Assembly (NCBI GenBank): GCA_965203175.1
Contig: OZ241867.1
Span: 3,424,001 to 3,488,000 of the forward strand
Origin: Candidatus Latescibacterota bacterium
Lineage (GTDB): Bacteria > Latescibacterota > UBA2968 > UBA8231
Length of the DNA: 64,000 nt
Direction of reading: 5' to 3'
Shown here: positions 38,050 through 48,305 of the stretch, piece after piece
Position numbering within the stretch: the stretch's first letter is position 1
Layout: every line of letters starts with the position of its first letter
Translations under genes and position numbers: made by a program
The notes under the pieces: generated by a model
What the model saw: only the letters and a program-made list of their open reading frames with translations
Databases searched by the model: none
Told to the model about the DNA's origin: nothing

Positions 38050-40758
38050 TTAATCCAAACCGGCAAATACCGTGGCAAAAGCCATTCTACCTGTTTCGGT
38101 TTCGTTATCTATGGCCCTTCTAGTCAGTCTGAGTCCCATCAGGGTCGTCAAATTGTAGCCCAAGTAGTTTGAGTTATTGGCGAACTGGGCTGCGCCCACA
38201 ATTTCACGGAAGTCGTCTAGCAATCCTTCCTTGACTGCTTCATCCGAATCCCTGAGCTGTTGGAAAACGGTGTACTCCACACCGGCCTGCATGGTAGAGT
38301 TATTAAACAATGGCCACCGGGCCAATAAAGTAAAAATCAGCGTGTCTTCCTTCCGTTTGGGATCTGATTTAAGCGCTGGAGATTCTATCCTCAATTCGTT
38401 TTTAATTTTTGGCTGGATGTCGAGATTAATGAATTTGAGAACATAGTCCACTTTATTAATCAGACCGACAAAAACGAAGTCCTGTCGCAGGTCGGGTTGT
38501 CTCTCCCTTTGACGCCAGCGGTCGTATTTCAGCTTGTTGATGATATTTAGATTCTTCAGCTTGGTATAGTTGAAGCTTATATAGGACGAATTTATCCACG
38601 TATTCCGGGCCGCCAGAGGATCAATGGTAGGGACGTTTCGTCTCTCGAATTCGTCCCACTGGCGAAGGTCGTTCTCTATATTGTCCTTGGCTAGCCTGAA
38701 GTTTTCAAAAATCCTCAGCTTGCCTAGTCCGGGGTAGTCCTTTTCCAGCGTAAAAAGCAAGTAATGGGTGGTGTTTTGTCCATCGCCGGCAATGAGGCTT
38801 TCGTCGGTGCGGCCGACCGTCAATCTCGTCTCTGGAGTAATGTTGACGCCTGCATAAAGGTTGTATCCACCTAAATCCCTACCATAGGGGAGATCTGCTT
38901 CATCGTCGTTTTCGAACCGATCTACCCATATATTGTTATTCATATCTATGCCGAACAGATACTCGGGTCGGTCCGTAGAATAGCGCAGAAAGGGCTCATC
39001 GTAGTCGGGTACTAAGTTGGGCAGGTCTTCGCTGTCGTTTTGATTGAAATCGGAGATAAAATCGACGTTCTCATCCAAGCCAGGAAATACGTTCAAGTCT
39101 ATGCTTTCGTATATCCTCTGCCAATCGGGGTAGCGATCCTGATCGTCGTTGTCGTCGACGAGTTCGTAGTAGAATCTCGTCCGGTCTTCGTAATCTATGT
39201 TGACCTCGCCCCGAGCCAAGATAGCGCTTGTAGTATAATTGTGGTCCATACTGTAAGCCTCGCCAAAAAAGAACCACGGCTGGACAATTCTCGACAGATT
39301 CAACATCCAGCCATCGCCTTGGTCAAAAGCCGACAGGTGTTTTGTATGCTGCCTGTTGGGGTATTTTCGGTAACTCCTACTGCGGTCGAATTCGCCGTAA
39401 AAATCAAACCCCGCAATATTGTTCGTCTCCAGAGTCAGACCGAAAATTTCGGTGGCGGTCGGCAAACCGTACGGGATCTTGAGGACTCTGAGATTGGAGC
39501 CATCTTTGACATTTTCTTCGGCTCTGGTCGCCAGCAGAAACACGTTGTTGTTTTGCCGGTTATTCTGGCGGTTCGAAGACACCTCGATTCTGTAGTCGTT
39601 GGCAACCACCAGTTCAAAAGTCACTCTTCTTATCTCCGAGGGGTCGGGACCAGTGTAGGTTCCCTCGGAAAAATCGTATACTAATTCAATCTGCTCAGAG
39701 CCACTAGCTTCCCAGAAACCCAAGCGCTGAAAGCCGCCCTGAGGCGAGGGCTTGAGACCGGCTTCGCTGGCCCGGACAACCTCCCGCTCAACCCCCCGTT
39801 CTCCCTCCTCATCAATGATTTCGACATCGGCTTCTATGATCATATCCCAAGCGAAGAGGGTAGCGCCGCCTTCGTTATCTTCAGGCGAATCGTCGGTCAG
39901 ACGGACGAAGAGCTGGGTGATATTTTCAGCATTTTGACTAGAAGTGATCGAACCACTCCTAGGAGTTCCTTCAAAGGCATCTAAGAGTTGGAAGGAATTG
40001 TGAGCGCTTACATAGTTGGCCCCGATTCTGACAAAATCGCCTACTTGGGCAACAGCCCGCCCACCCATCAGCGTTGTCAGGCTGGTCGTTTGGTTGACCG
40101 CAGGGTTGCGAGGACCGGCCCCGCCGGGCGAAGAGATTCGCGAGAGGATCGTCGTGACTTGGTATTTGTCGGCTTGGTAGTCTACCTGGATTCCATCCAA
40201 GGCCGGCTTTGAGAAGGTCATCGGGGTAAGGGTCGAGCGGATTTGATTGCCTATGGTTATAGCCAAGTTGTGTTGGCCCTTCTGATCAGAGGCAATGACC
40301 AAATTGGTGAACCAGTCTTGGAATTTCTGGGTCTTGAATAAATTGCTGCCTCCTTGCTGGGGTTGTGTCTGGGACCAGTCGTAGAGCAACCATCCTCTAG
40401 TGATGTAGGAACCGTAAATATCGTAGAAGTAATCCCCGGCTAAATTGATATCTACATAGCGCTCATAGTGATCCCTAGCGTAGTTGGTGTATTCCCACTG
40501 TTTCCAACGGTATTCTAGAAAAAGTTCTTGGGGTACGTACCACTTTTTGACTGCCGGATCCAAAGCACCGAACAGCACACCGGATCCGGTTGGTTCAAAG
40601 GTGAGTTCAGCTCCCCGGCGCACACCTTTTATGCGCATCGGATCGACATCTTGGGCTTGCGCGTCGGTGTCAAATGACATGGAAGCGAGCAAGGAGCAAA
40701 CTATAGTAACTGAACTAATACTGCGCAGTAGAGTGTTGCAAATATGGCAGGTCAGCAT
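38050..40758 (-). CDS. Secreted 902-aa hypothetical protein, predicted outer-membrane beta-barrel
   Basis: Signal peptide ending AQAQ; alternating amphipathic strands in the C-terminal third; Asp-rich DxNxD loops. Confidence 0.65.
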   Translation of the reverse strand: MLTCHICNTLLRSISSVTIVCSLLASMSFDTDAQAQDVDPMRIKGVRRGAELTFEPTGSGVLFGALDPAVKKWYVPQELFLEYRWKQWEYTNYARDHYERYVDINLAGDYFYDIYGSYITRGWLLYDWSQTQPQQGGSNLFKTQKFQDWFTNLVIASDQKGQHNLAITIGNQIRSTLTPMTFSKPALDGIQVDYQADKYQVTTILSRISSPGGAGPRNPAVNQTTSLTTLMGGRAVAQVGDFVRIGANYVSAHNSFQLLDAFEGTPRSGSITSSQNAENITQLFVRLTDDSPEDNEGGATLFAWDMIIEADVEIIDEEGERGVEREVVRASEAGLKPSPQGGFQRLGFWEASGSEQIELVYDFSEGTYTGPDPSEIRRVTFELVVANDYRIEVSSNRQNNRQNNNVFLLATRAEENVKDGSNLRVLKIPYGLPTATEIFGLTLETNNIAGFDFYGEFDRSRSYRKYPNRQHTKHLSAFDQGDGWMLNLSRIVQPWFFFGEAYSMDHNYTTSAILARGEVNIDYEDRTRFYYELVDDNDDQDRYPDWQRIYESIDLNVFPGLDENVDFISDFNQNDSEDLPNLVPDYDEPFLRYSTDRPEYLFGIDMNNNIWVDRFENDDEADLPYGRDLGGYNLYAGVNITPETRLTVGRTDESLIAGDGQNTTHYLLFTLEKDYPGLGKLRIFENFRLAKDNIENDLRQWDEFERRNVPTIDPLAARNTWINSSYISFNYTKLKNLNIINKLKYDRWRQRERQPDLRQDFVFVGLINKVDYVLKFINLDIQPKIKNELRIESPALKSDPKRKEDTLIFTLLARWPLFNNSTMQAGVEYTVFQQLRDSDEAVKEGLLDDFREIVGAAQFANNSNYLGYNLTTLMGLRLTRRAIDNETETGRMAFATVFAGLD

Positions 40759-40796
40759 GAGAGTTCCACCCTAGCTTTCAGGTAAAATGGGAATAA

Positions 40797-42521
40797 TTAA
40801 TAGACTATTGGGACAATTTTCGTCTTACTCTCGGACCCTGAATCTGCATCAATTTCCACTCGTACCAAATAGATTCCGGGTAGCACTTTGGCACCGCTCT
40901 CGTCCGTTCCATCCCAAGCCTTTTGGTATCTCCTACTGGGATCCAAGCCTGAATAGATCGCCTTTATACGTCTTCCAGAAAGATCGTATACCCCCACCGA
41001 AACCAAAGCACCACCCGTCAGGTTGACGATGTCATAAGTCACCAAGACTTCATCATTTAGGCCATCGCCGTTGGGAGTAAAAGGGACGGGAGCCACTTTC
41101 ATAGAATGAATGAGGTCTTTACCTACTGAGATCTCGACCGAAAGATCATCTCCCTGTGCCTCAAAATCAGAGGCTGCGTCCCCCTCGGTGACTACTTGGG
41201 GCAGATTGTCCGGCTCTTGGCTATCGGAGACTCTGCCGGCAAAAAAGGTATTGTACTGCAAAGCCACGTTCTCAAAGACTACTCGCAAGGTGCGGTTTCC
41301 CACAATCTGGGGGAAGCTAATTTGGACCCCGTCTTCTGTATCTGTCTTTTCCCATTCGACATCGGTTCCGTCTATTTGCACGGAGCGCACTACATCTACC
41401 GGTGCCATAGTCTTTAGTTCGAGACGGTTAAAGCCGCGGCTGTTGACGGTTCTCACGGCATAGGTAAAGGGGGTGTTCTGCCCGATCAGAGCACGTTGGG
41501 GCCAGATTTCGCCCACCAGTGAGTCGGCTAGGGCAGGAGACACCTCAAAGGCGAGGGAATCAACTGTCGCCGCTGCTAGTATATCGCTGGTCTTAAGGAG
41601 TAAACGGAACTGAAAAAAACGACGCGGAGTTGGTGATTCAATAGCTGTGTGGACTCCGGCAGGATAGGGAGGGGACCAAGCGCTCCAAGACAGCGAATCG
41701 CTGGGATCTGGTGTGTTACCACTCCGGGTCACTAGGATGGCAGCCGTTTTTGTTGGTTCGCCGATGCTCCCCCTAGCCCATGTTATGTCGCCAAAGACCG
41801 CGGGTTGTTCTCGATCAAATACTTTTGAGGTATACGATGACGTAGAGGCAAAACCCGCACCAAAGACTTGAAACTCGTCAATTTCCCACTCCCCTCGCAC
41901 TAGTTGCTTCACCTCTATGAAACGAACAAACTGTAGGGGGACGGTCAGATCAACGGTCGGCTTGAGGTTGCGTTCCTCGGTTTTAAAAACCTTGAAATCC
42001 GGCGTCCCGGCTAGGGTTTTCTGCTCTTCGCTGCCGTCGTTCAGCAGCAATTCATAGCCCTTCAGAAAAAACTCTTCAAATCCCTTCCGCGGAAAAAACT
42101 TGATCCGATTGACTCCGAAGCGCTCGCCCAAATCTAGCCTGAATATAACGCCTGTGGGGGAACCGCCCTTCACTTCAAAAGCCTTGGTCGTATCGCCACT
42201 GACCATATGCGCCAATTGTTCATTCAAAAGACTCGAGGATATTTCGAGTATTATTTTCGCATTGGGAGACGTTACGGTCCCTCCTCTTTCAAATATTTTC
42301 AGGACGATATTGTCTTCGGGACCTGTCTGAGCAGGCTGAATCTGGCCGGGGCTGGTATCGAAATCAATAACCGATATCTCGGAATAATGGTCATCCCACG
42401 CTAGAGTACCTGGACCGCCGCCAATGACGATCGTCTCTCCATAGCCTTGGGTCGGCGTAAGTCCCTGCAATAGACAAGAAAACGCTAATAGCGCGGTCTT
42501 GACCAACGGTGGTTTGTCCAA
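40797..42521 (-). CDS. Secreted protein with discoidin-like domain and FlgD-Ig/T9SS type B-like C-terminal domain (paralogue 3)
   Basis: Signal peptide; DLG.RF.V.RI; WSAWS; PFTPNGDGLND...YDLSGR...WDGTD..G..V.PGIY. Confidence 0.8.
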   Translation of the reverse strand: MDKPPLVKTALLAFSCLLQGLTPTQGYGETIVIGGGPGTLAWDDHYSEISVIDFDTSPGQIQPAQTGPEDNIVLKIFERGGTVTSPNAKIILEISSSLLNEQLAHMVSGDTTKAFEVKGGSPTGVIFRLDLGERFGVNRIKFFPRKGFEEFFLKGYELLLNDGSEEQKTLAGTPDFKVFKTEERNLKPTVDLTVPLQFVRFIEVKQLVRGEWEIDEFQVFGAGFASTSSYTSKVFDREQPAVFGDITWARGSIGEPTKTAAILVTRSGNTPDPSDSLSWSAWSPPYPAGVHTAIESPTPRRFFQFRLLLKTSDILAAATVDSLAFEVSPALADSLVGEIWPQRALIGQNTPFTYAVRTVNSRGFNRLELKTMAPVDVVRSVQIDGTDVEWEKTDTEDGVQISFPQIVGNRTLRVVFENVALQYNTFFAGRVSDSQEPDNLPQVVTEGDAASDFEAQGDDLSVEISVGKDLIHSMKVAPVPFTPNGDGLNDEVLVTYDIVNLTGGALVSVGVYDLSGRRIKAIYSGLDPSRRYQKAWDGTDESGAKVLPGIYLVRVEIDADSGSESKTKIVPIVY

Positions 42522-42546
42522 TCTGTTCCTCTCGGATCGCAGAAGA

Positions 42547-45183
42547 TCAATAGGAGACGTGTACTAAGCGGTAGTCCGAGGTATTTCTACTCGATTTTGA
42601 ATCGACCTTAGCGTCGATCCTCAGCACATATATGCCAGGAGGCACCAAAGCTCCGGAGTTATCGACTCCGGTCCAGACCACGGAATGCCGTCCCGTAGTT
42701 ATGTACTCTTCGCGTAGTTGGTGAATGAGACGCCCACCTAGATCGTATATTTGCACCTGTAACGGCGTTGATGTCTTCACCCGCATGAGTGAAAAACTCA
42801 CAGCCATATCATCGTTGATGCCGTCTCCGTTAGGGGTGAAGATTTTATTTTTAACTTCGATATCCCCCAGTACTGCACCCCTTTCGAGGGCCAGAATCAC
42901 GGTTTTTTCGCTATCTGTGATCTCGTTTGCATCACCCGGATCCACTCTTTGCCACGAATTGGGAATGGAAGAATGGCCGATAGAGCCATTGAAGAATGTG
43001 GTAAAATCGAATATGGTCGCCGCAAACTGAAGCTCGACCAACGCGGCCCCGCCCTTGATCGGAGTAGGCAAACGCACCCAAAGCGAATCGGAATCATCAG
43101 ACACAACCTCAAATCCCTCGCTTTGAGCGGTATAGGTTTGAGTCGGTTGCCCTGTGAGGCTCAGGTGGGCTTGCTGAAATTTCATTTTGACGCTAGAGGG
43201 AGCTTCAATGAGAATCTCGTCAAAACCCTCGTTAGCCGGCTCGAAGGTCGTGCGGACGAAATAGGAAAACAGTTGCTCAGCGCCAATCGTCTCGAGTTGA
43301 GGGGGCAATACCTCGCCAATAATTGTTTTGGCGACTGGTGTTACAAAGTTGAGTTTCACCCAGCGCAGTGTAGCGGCCACGAGGGGATTTTCCGTGAGAA
43401 AGGTCGCCCGGATGGCGACGAATTTACGCGGACTGGGCGAGGTGATTTTGTCTCCCGAATTGAAATAGCGTTGACTCCAACCGCTCCAATCGCTGCCCGG
43501 GTTGGTCTGGGTAACGACGGGTCCAACAGAGGCATCCCCAAAGAACTTTTTGTCCGTAGCGTGCGCTTTCGCTGCTTCTTCTTCGGTGCCCGGAAATAAC
43601 TCACCGTTCTTTTTGTAGTAGAGCGTAGTAGTTTTGATCGTATTGCCAGTGCGGGTCTGGAGAATAATATCCGTGCCCGGCGGCATATCCGCATCCCATT
43701 CTATAGACGCCAAATTTTGGGGAGAGGCCCCCAACTCTATGAACGCCGCAGGCCCGTCAAAGACTGATTCGATCCGGGCCTCGGGCATGTATCCCTCGCC
43801 GAAAAACTGAATCTCTGACAAGCCGTGGCGTCCGGCCCTTACATGGAGCTTATAGGTGAAAGAAAAATGCTCGACTTTGGTGAGTGGGAACTTAAAATCG
43901 TGGTACGACTCGTTCCCATTGATATTGTCGAGCGATCCTACTGTTTTCCACGCCAGGCTTCCGCCAGCATTGGTGGAACCATCTGAGACTTCGATGCGAT
44001 AGGCGCGAAAAGGCCCAGGAGGCCGACTGCTGGCTTGGAGCACGCGGACATTGTCCAAGAAGAAGGCCCCTCCCAGATCCACCACTAGGGCACGCTCGAC
44101 ATCCGGTGGCTCCGAAGGTAGCAGTCTGTCGGGATTGTACCCTCCTTGAGCGGGCCAGTACAACGCCTTATCTACACTATATATTACCCCGTCTACCACC
44201 ACACCCTCAGCACCGTTGTTTTCCCAACTCGTTACCTTGCCACCCCGCTCCAGGACTCCAACCCCGATATTGTCGCCGATCGACCAGACTTCCACTTCCG
44301 CCAATCGAGGCAGCTCGCGGCGATAGTAGACGATAGGGCCTTGACTGTCCCCGCCAGCCAAGGCTTCCCAATCCTCGCGTCCTTCCAATAATCTCAGCCT
44401 TCCCGAGGTTTCTCGGCGGAAGTATTCTATGTCGCCCTGCTGGTCGGGGTCGAGGTTCTCGTAAGCGGACTGGGAAACTGGTCTCGCTTTGCCAAAATCG
44501 CTGTCTGTGACGCCGACAGAGACGAATCTGATCACATCGCCGGTAAAATCCCCGCGCACCTGTGTCCATTTGGTAGGCAACTGGTTGGTCAAATCGACTT
44601 CAAAGACCCGTTCATTCTTGATGGGCTTGTTCGTTGAGAAGCGTTTCCTGTACACCAGCGGTCCAATGATCGTCTCCCCCTGAGAGGTTAGAACCTTGAA
44701 TTGGAGAAAGGGGTCTCCCAAATCTTCCCCGACAAACTTGAGGACGATCTTATTGGCTGATACGGCCCGCCCTAAATCGATTTGCACCCACCAATCTCTA
44801 AGGGGGCTAGAAGTATCCGGCTCCCAGTAGGTGTCCATCCTGCCATCCATGAGATTTTCTGCGCTCAAGCGATTGGAACCGGCCTCCCATATCCCGCCGC
44901 CGAACTCGGAGGCATTTAAAACCGCGTTAATGCCAGGGACTACCTGTTCAATGCCATCTATTTCGAGCTTGGTGCTTTTGCGTATAAAAGCTGGTTTTAC
45001 GCCCTCCTCGGTGATCTGGATGGTCTTTGCCACCGACTGCCAACGAGCCCAGTGATCCTCGGACTCGATGATAGCCGCGCCGTCTTGGATAGAAAAGCCT
45101 TCTTGCCCCCAAGCTGCGTCACCTAGGAACATTCTACCTAGGAGGCAGACCAAGCTAGTGCTCACCAACTTGAATGTTCTCAT
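42547..45183 (-). CDS. Secreted protein with two discoidin-like domains and FlgD-Ig/T9SS type B-like C-terminal domain (paralogue 2)
   Basis: NLMDG..DTYW...WWVQIDLG; WSGWS; FTPNGDGIND...YDLGGR...PPGIY; start at ATG 45183 behind GGAG. Confidence 0.8.
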   Translation of the reverse strand: MRTFKLVSTSLVCLLGRMFLGDAAWGQEGFSIQDGAAIIESEDHWARWQSVAKTIQITEEGVKPAFIRKSTKLEIDGIEQVVPGINAVLNASEFGGGIWEAGSNRLSAENLMDGRMDTYWEPDTSSPLRDWWVQIDLGRAVSANKIVLKFVGEDLGDPFLQFKVLTSQGETIIGPLVYRKRFSTNKPIKNERVFEVDLTNQLPTKWTQVRGDFTGDVIRFVSVGVTDSDFGKARPVSQSAYENLDPDQQGDIEYFRRETSGRLRLLEGREDWEALAGGDSQGPIVYYRRELPRLAEVEVWSIGDNIGVGVLERGGKVTSWENNGAEGVVVDGVIYSVDKALYWPAQGGYNPDRLLPSEPPDVERALVVDLGGAFFLDNVRVLQASSRPPGPFRAYRIEVSDGSTNAGGSLAWKTVGSLDNINGNESYHDFKFPLTKVEHFSFTYKLHVRAGRHGLSEIQFFGEGYMPEARIESVFDGPAAFIELGASPQNLASIEWDADMPPGTDIILQTRTGNTIKTTTLYYKKNGELFPGTEEEAAKAHATDKKFFGDASVGPVVTQTNPGSDWSGWSQRYFNSGDKITSPSPRKFVAIRATFLTENPLVAATLRWVKLNFVTPVAKTIIGEVLPPQLETIGAEQLFSYFVRTTFEPANEGFDEILIEAPSSVKMKFQQAHLSLTGQPTQTYTAQSEGFEVVSDDSDSLWVRLPTPIKGGAALVELQFAATIFDFTTFFNGSIGHSSIPNSWQRVDPGDANEITDSEKTVILALERGAVLGDIEVKNKIFTPNGDGINDDMAVSFSLMRVKTSTPLQVQIYDLGGRLIHQLREEYITTGRHSVVWTGVDNSGALVPPGIYVLRIDAKVDSKSSRNTSDYRLVHVSY

Positions 45184-45216
45184 GTGTTGGTCTCCACTCA
45201 TAGGGGCGATTAAGAA

Positions 45217-47172
45217 TCAATAGGCCACGGCGATAACGCCGCTCTTGATGCCCTCTTCCGATTGGATATCTACTGCTATTCGATACAAGTATAGTCCTGG
45301 GGGGACCAGCCGGTTGGAGTGGTCTGTCCCATCCCAAGAGTGGGAGTACTCTCCGATGGGAATGTCCCCGGCGTATATTTGCTTAACTAGTCGACCGGAC
45401 AGGTCGAAGATTTCCACGGAGACTGGAACCTGAGACGTTACCCGCAAGAGCTTATAGGAAATATGCACCACATCGTTAATGGCATCGCCATTGGGCGTAA
45501 AGGGATTGGGCCCAATCTGTGGTGCAAATACCAGTGAGCTGCTCAGCGATGTTTTCACTGCAATCCCGTCGCTCTCAATCTCGTCGGCAGCGTTGCCCGG
45601 GTTGATGCGCTGACGCACCTCGTTCGGCTCGGCGCTATTGAACACCTTACCAGTAAACAGCGTGCCTACTTCCCTCAGCACCGGTGCGTTGAACACCACC
45701 TCGATCAGGGCTCCGCTGTCGGTAGGCTCCAGCTTGCGCGGGAAGTTGATCTCAAAACCTAAGCCATCCGAGGTTCTCGCCCAGATAAAGTCGTTGTAGT
45801 TGATGCCGTCTATGCGTAGCGAATCGACTGAAACCACCCCTGAGGGCGTGGAAATCTCTACGCCGTCAAAGCCCATGTCGCTGGCCCGGATGGTCGGTCG
45901 GATGAAGTAAGTGAAATGCGTCGCTTGCCCCACTTGGGTATCCACTGGGAAAATTTCTCCCACTAAGCCGTGCACGGCCGGCGGCACGGAGGCCTTGAAC
46001 TCGACATAATCGATCTTGCCTCCATCCTCGATAGTAGAAAAGAAGTCCACTTTGAGTTGTAAAAATTGGCGCGGACTAGGGGAAACGATGCCAGTCCCCG
46101 AGTTTTCAAACAGATAGGGACTGGACCAGAAACTCCAGTTTTCCGTATCGGGGCTCACTCTATCCTGGGGTTTTACCGGCTTGAGAACATCGAGCAGCTT
46201 GCTGTAGCGGCGCTTGTATTCGCTCAGGGTCAAGTCGCCACCGCCATCGCGAAATTGCACGCTGTCCCGCTGCTCGGGTCGCAGTTGCCAAAAAATGTCG
46301 GGATGTGGATCTGTTCCCGTCCGGGTGCGGATATCGACCCGGGCGTCCGTATCTTGCCGGCCCGACCAGCGAATCTCACCCCAACTGGCTAGGCCGCCCA
46401 GATCGACTACTTCGGACTCATACGCGGCCCGGGCTACGAAACCACCGCCGTAGAGTTCAAAATCGGCGAGCCCTATTTCCTTGGGTGTGTCGCGAAAAAT
46501 CAGTAATTGGACCGTTTGAGTCGATATCGGCGGGTCTAAAATCACGCTGACTTCAGGTTCGGTATTTTCTTTTACTTCGGCTACGGTCGGGAAATAGGAC
46601 ATTCTGTTGCCAATATTGACCAGCCTCTCATCGAGGGAGCCAATGGCGAGCCGCTCCACAAAGTGCTCTGGCTTTTCCGCCAGAGGGCGAAATCTCACTT
46701 CCCGGATGAGAAATCGCCCGCCTAAATCAAAAGTCAATTGTTCACTGAGGGTCCGCGAAGTGCCCACCTGAAAGCTCTCTGGAGCTACGGCTGGCCACGT
46801 GAGGCCCGTAGTCGGATCGCCATCGACCAAGACCTCTCCAATCAGTTTATTTTGATTGGCGAAAAGCCGCACCCGTACCCAACCACCTCTGCTCAATAGG
46901 GTCGCGGCGATGTCTTCGTCCTCATCAAAGTAGTTAGGTTGCAGTGAACCCGCCGGCAAAGAGTCCAGATCGAGGCCATCCTGTAGTTGGGAGACCGACC
47001 ATTCGATTTCCCTGAAATCGATGCCGAGATCTGCAAGACTGTCTTTTTCTGTTGTTGAAAAAGGCGTGCCAATTCTATAAATAACCACGCCGGAGACATT
47101 TGGGGGGCAGAGGCCGACACCTAGCAACGCGAGTAAAAGTAGCCCTATTGACTTAGGTGCAAGCATGCCCAA
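45217..47172 (-). CDS. Secreted protein with discoidin-like domain and FlgD-Ig/T9SS type B-like C-terminal domain (paralogue 1)
   Basis: Signal peptide; DGDPTT...FDLGGRF; WSFWS; PNPFTPNGDAIND...FDLSGR...WDGTD...PPGLY. Confidence 0.8.
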   Translation of the reverse strand: MGMLAPKSIGLLLLALLGVGLCPPNVSGVVIYRIGTPFSTTEKDSLADLGIDFREIEWSVSQLQDGLDLDSLPAGSLQPNYFDEDEDIAATLLSRGGWVRVRLFANQNKLIGEVLVDGDPTTGLTWPAVAPESFQVGTSRTLSEQLTFDLGGRFLIREVRFRPLAEKPEHFVERLAIGSLDERLVNIGNRMSYFPTVAEVKENTEPEVSVILDPPISTQTVQLLIFRDTPKEIGLADFELYGGGFVARAAYESEVVDLGGLASWGEIRWSGRQDTDARVDIRTRTGTDPHPDIFWQLRPEQRDSVQFRDGGGDLTLSEYKRRYSKLLDVLKPVKPQDRVSPDTENWSFWSSPYLFENSGTGIVSPSPRQFLQLKVDFFSTIEDGGKIDYVEFKASVPPAVHGLVGEIFPVDTQVGQATHFTYFIRPTIRASDMGFDGVEISTPSGVVSVDSLRIDGINYNDFIWARTSDGLGFEINFPRKLEPTDSGALIEVVFNAPVLREVGTLFTGKVFNSAEPNEVRQRINPGNAADEIESDGIAVKTSLSSSLVFAPQIGPNPFTPNGDAINDVVHISYKLLRVTSQVPVSVEIFDLSGRLVKQIYAGDIPIGEYSHSWDGTDHSNRLVPPGLYLYRIAVDIQSEEGIKSGVIAVAY

Positions 47173-47190
47173 TCCTTTGGCAAGATTATT

Positions 47191-47221
47191 AAAAAAGGGG
47201 GCGAAGATGACCTCGCCCCCT
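47191..47221 (-). terminator. Intrinsic terminator after the SWGxIK-tagged gene
   Basis: Minus strand AGGGGGCGA-GGTCATCT-TCGCCCCC-TTTTTT, 30 bp after the stop at 47251. Confidence 0.85.
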
Positions 47222-47250
47222 AACTGCTCATTTTCTCTTACTTGTTCTCC

Positions 47251-48177
47251 TTAGTGGGAAAAACTCGCCTTGATGTCCCCCCAGCTATCCGACTCGACAG
47301 CAGTGCCTACGTTTTCACCCGCTACCCACATGCTCTCATCAAAGGGGAGCAGGACATAGTCAACCATAGCGGTAGCTTTGAAATAGATTTCCGTGTCGCC
47401 GCTATTGGTCCAATAGCCGTTGTACGAGCCTTCGGCACCGTTGTCATCGTCCTGAACGGCAAAACCAATACCCATGATTTCGCCTGCCTGCATAGTGTGG
47501 ACGATCACATCTTCGTCATCTATGCCCGTAGAGCTGGTAGGCAAATCGTCGAAGGGAGTGAACCACATCTCCATGAACAGGGTCCCGGCACCGCCATTGA
47601 TATCACCCTCAAAACTCCATTTGGCACCAGAATAAGGCTCGACTCCTGCCCACGGAGCTCCGCCCCAGAGCCACATGTGATTTTCTTGGTGTAGCGTGTA
47701 GCGGTAATTCTGGGATAGGGCCCCCTCCCATCTTTCCGGATCCAAATCCGCCGATTGTACATTCTGGAAGATGGCGTCGCCGCTGTGGTCGAAGTCCAAG
47801 GTCACCTCAACCGTATCGAAATTATTTTCGATGGTCCCGTAAAAGAAGTCGTCAAACCTTTCCTCCATGAAATACAAAATGTTGGTCACTGGACTCCAGC
47901 CGAAAATGATGCGCTCGGCTAGATTGGAAGGGTCGGGATCCCCTTGGGTGCCGGTGACGGTCTCGATCAGGTCTTCATGGGTCACCCAGAAGACCGCAGG
48001 CACGTTGTCCCATTCGCTTATATCTCCGTCCATCTGGACATCTCGTATGCCATCGACGCCAATAGGCACCTGAACTGCGGCCCAGTTTCTGTCTGTCCGC
48101 AGGTGAGCCGAACTGGCCACGACGGTGAAAAGGACAAAACTCAATGCCAAGAAGCTACAACTCATTGTTTTGCTCAT
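47251..48177 (-). CDS. Secreted CBM9/DOMON-like protein with C-terminal TAVExxSWGxIK motif
   Basis: Signal peptide; MDGDISEW, GIGFAVQDDD (CBM9-like); ends GTAVESDSWGDIKASFSH; start ATG 48177 behind AGGAAAGGA. Confidence 0.75.
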   Translation of the reverse strand: MSKTMSCSFLALSFVLFTVVASSAHLRTDRNWAAVQVPIGVDGIRDVQMDGDISEWDNVPAVFWVTHEDLIETVTGTQGDPDPSNLAERIIFGWSPVTNILYFMEERFDDFFYGTIENNFDTVEVTLDFDHSGDAIFQNVQSADLDPERWEGALSQNYRYTLHQENHMWLWGGAPWAGVEPYSGAKWSFEGDINGGAGTLFMEMWFTPFDDLPTSSTGIDDEDVIVHTMQAGEIMGIGFAVQDDDNGAEGSYNGYWTNSGDTEIYFKATAMVDYVLLPFDESMWVAGENVGTAVESDSWGDIKASFSH

Positions 48178-48305
48178 CACCCACAGTCCTTTCCTGTGTG
48201 AGAAAACTGCTTTTTTAGCGGTTGGTTGCTCAAAGGGCTTTTTGTCTCCTCCTTTCAAATATTTTTCGGTGGTAAGGTAAGTGAAGCTACAAGATAACGT
48301 ATTAA

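Noticed and set aside
48178-48255. 18-codon TTG uORF behind GGAGG, ending in TGATG at the start of the SWGxIK gene
   Set aside because: Weak start codon, long SD spacing and no informative codon bias; the main gene has its own SD
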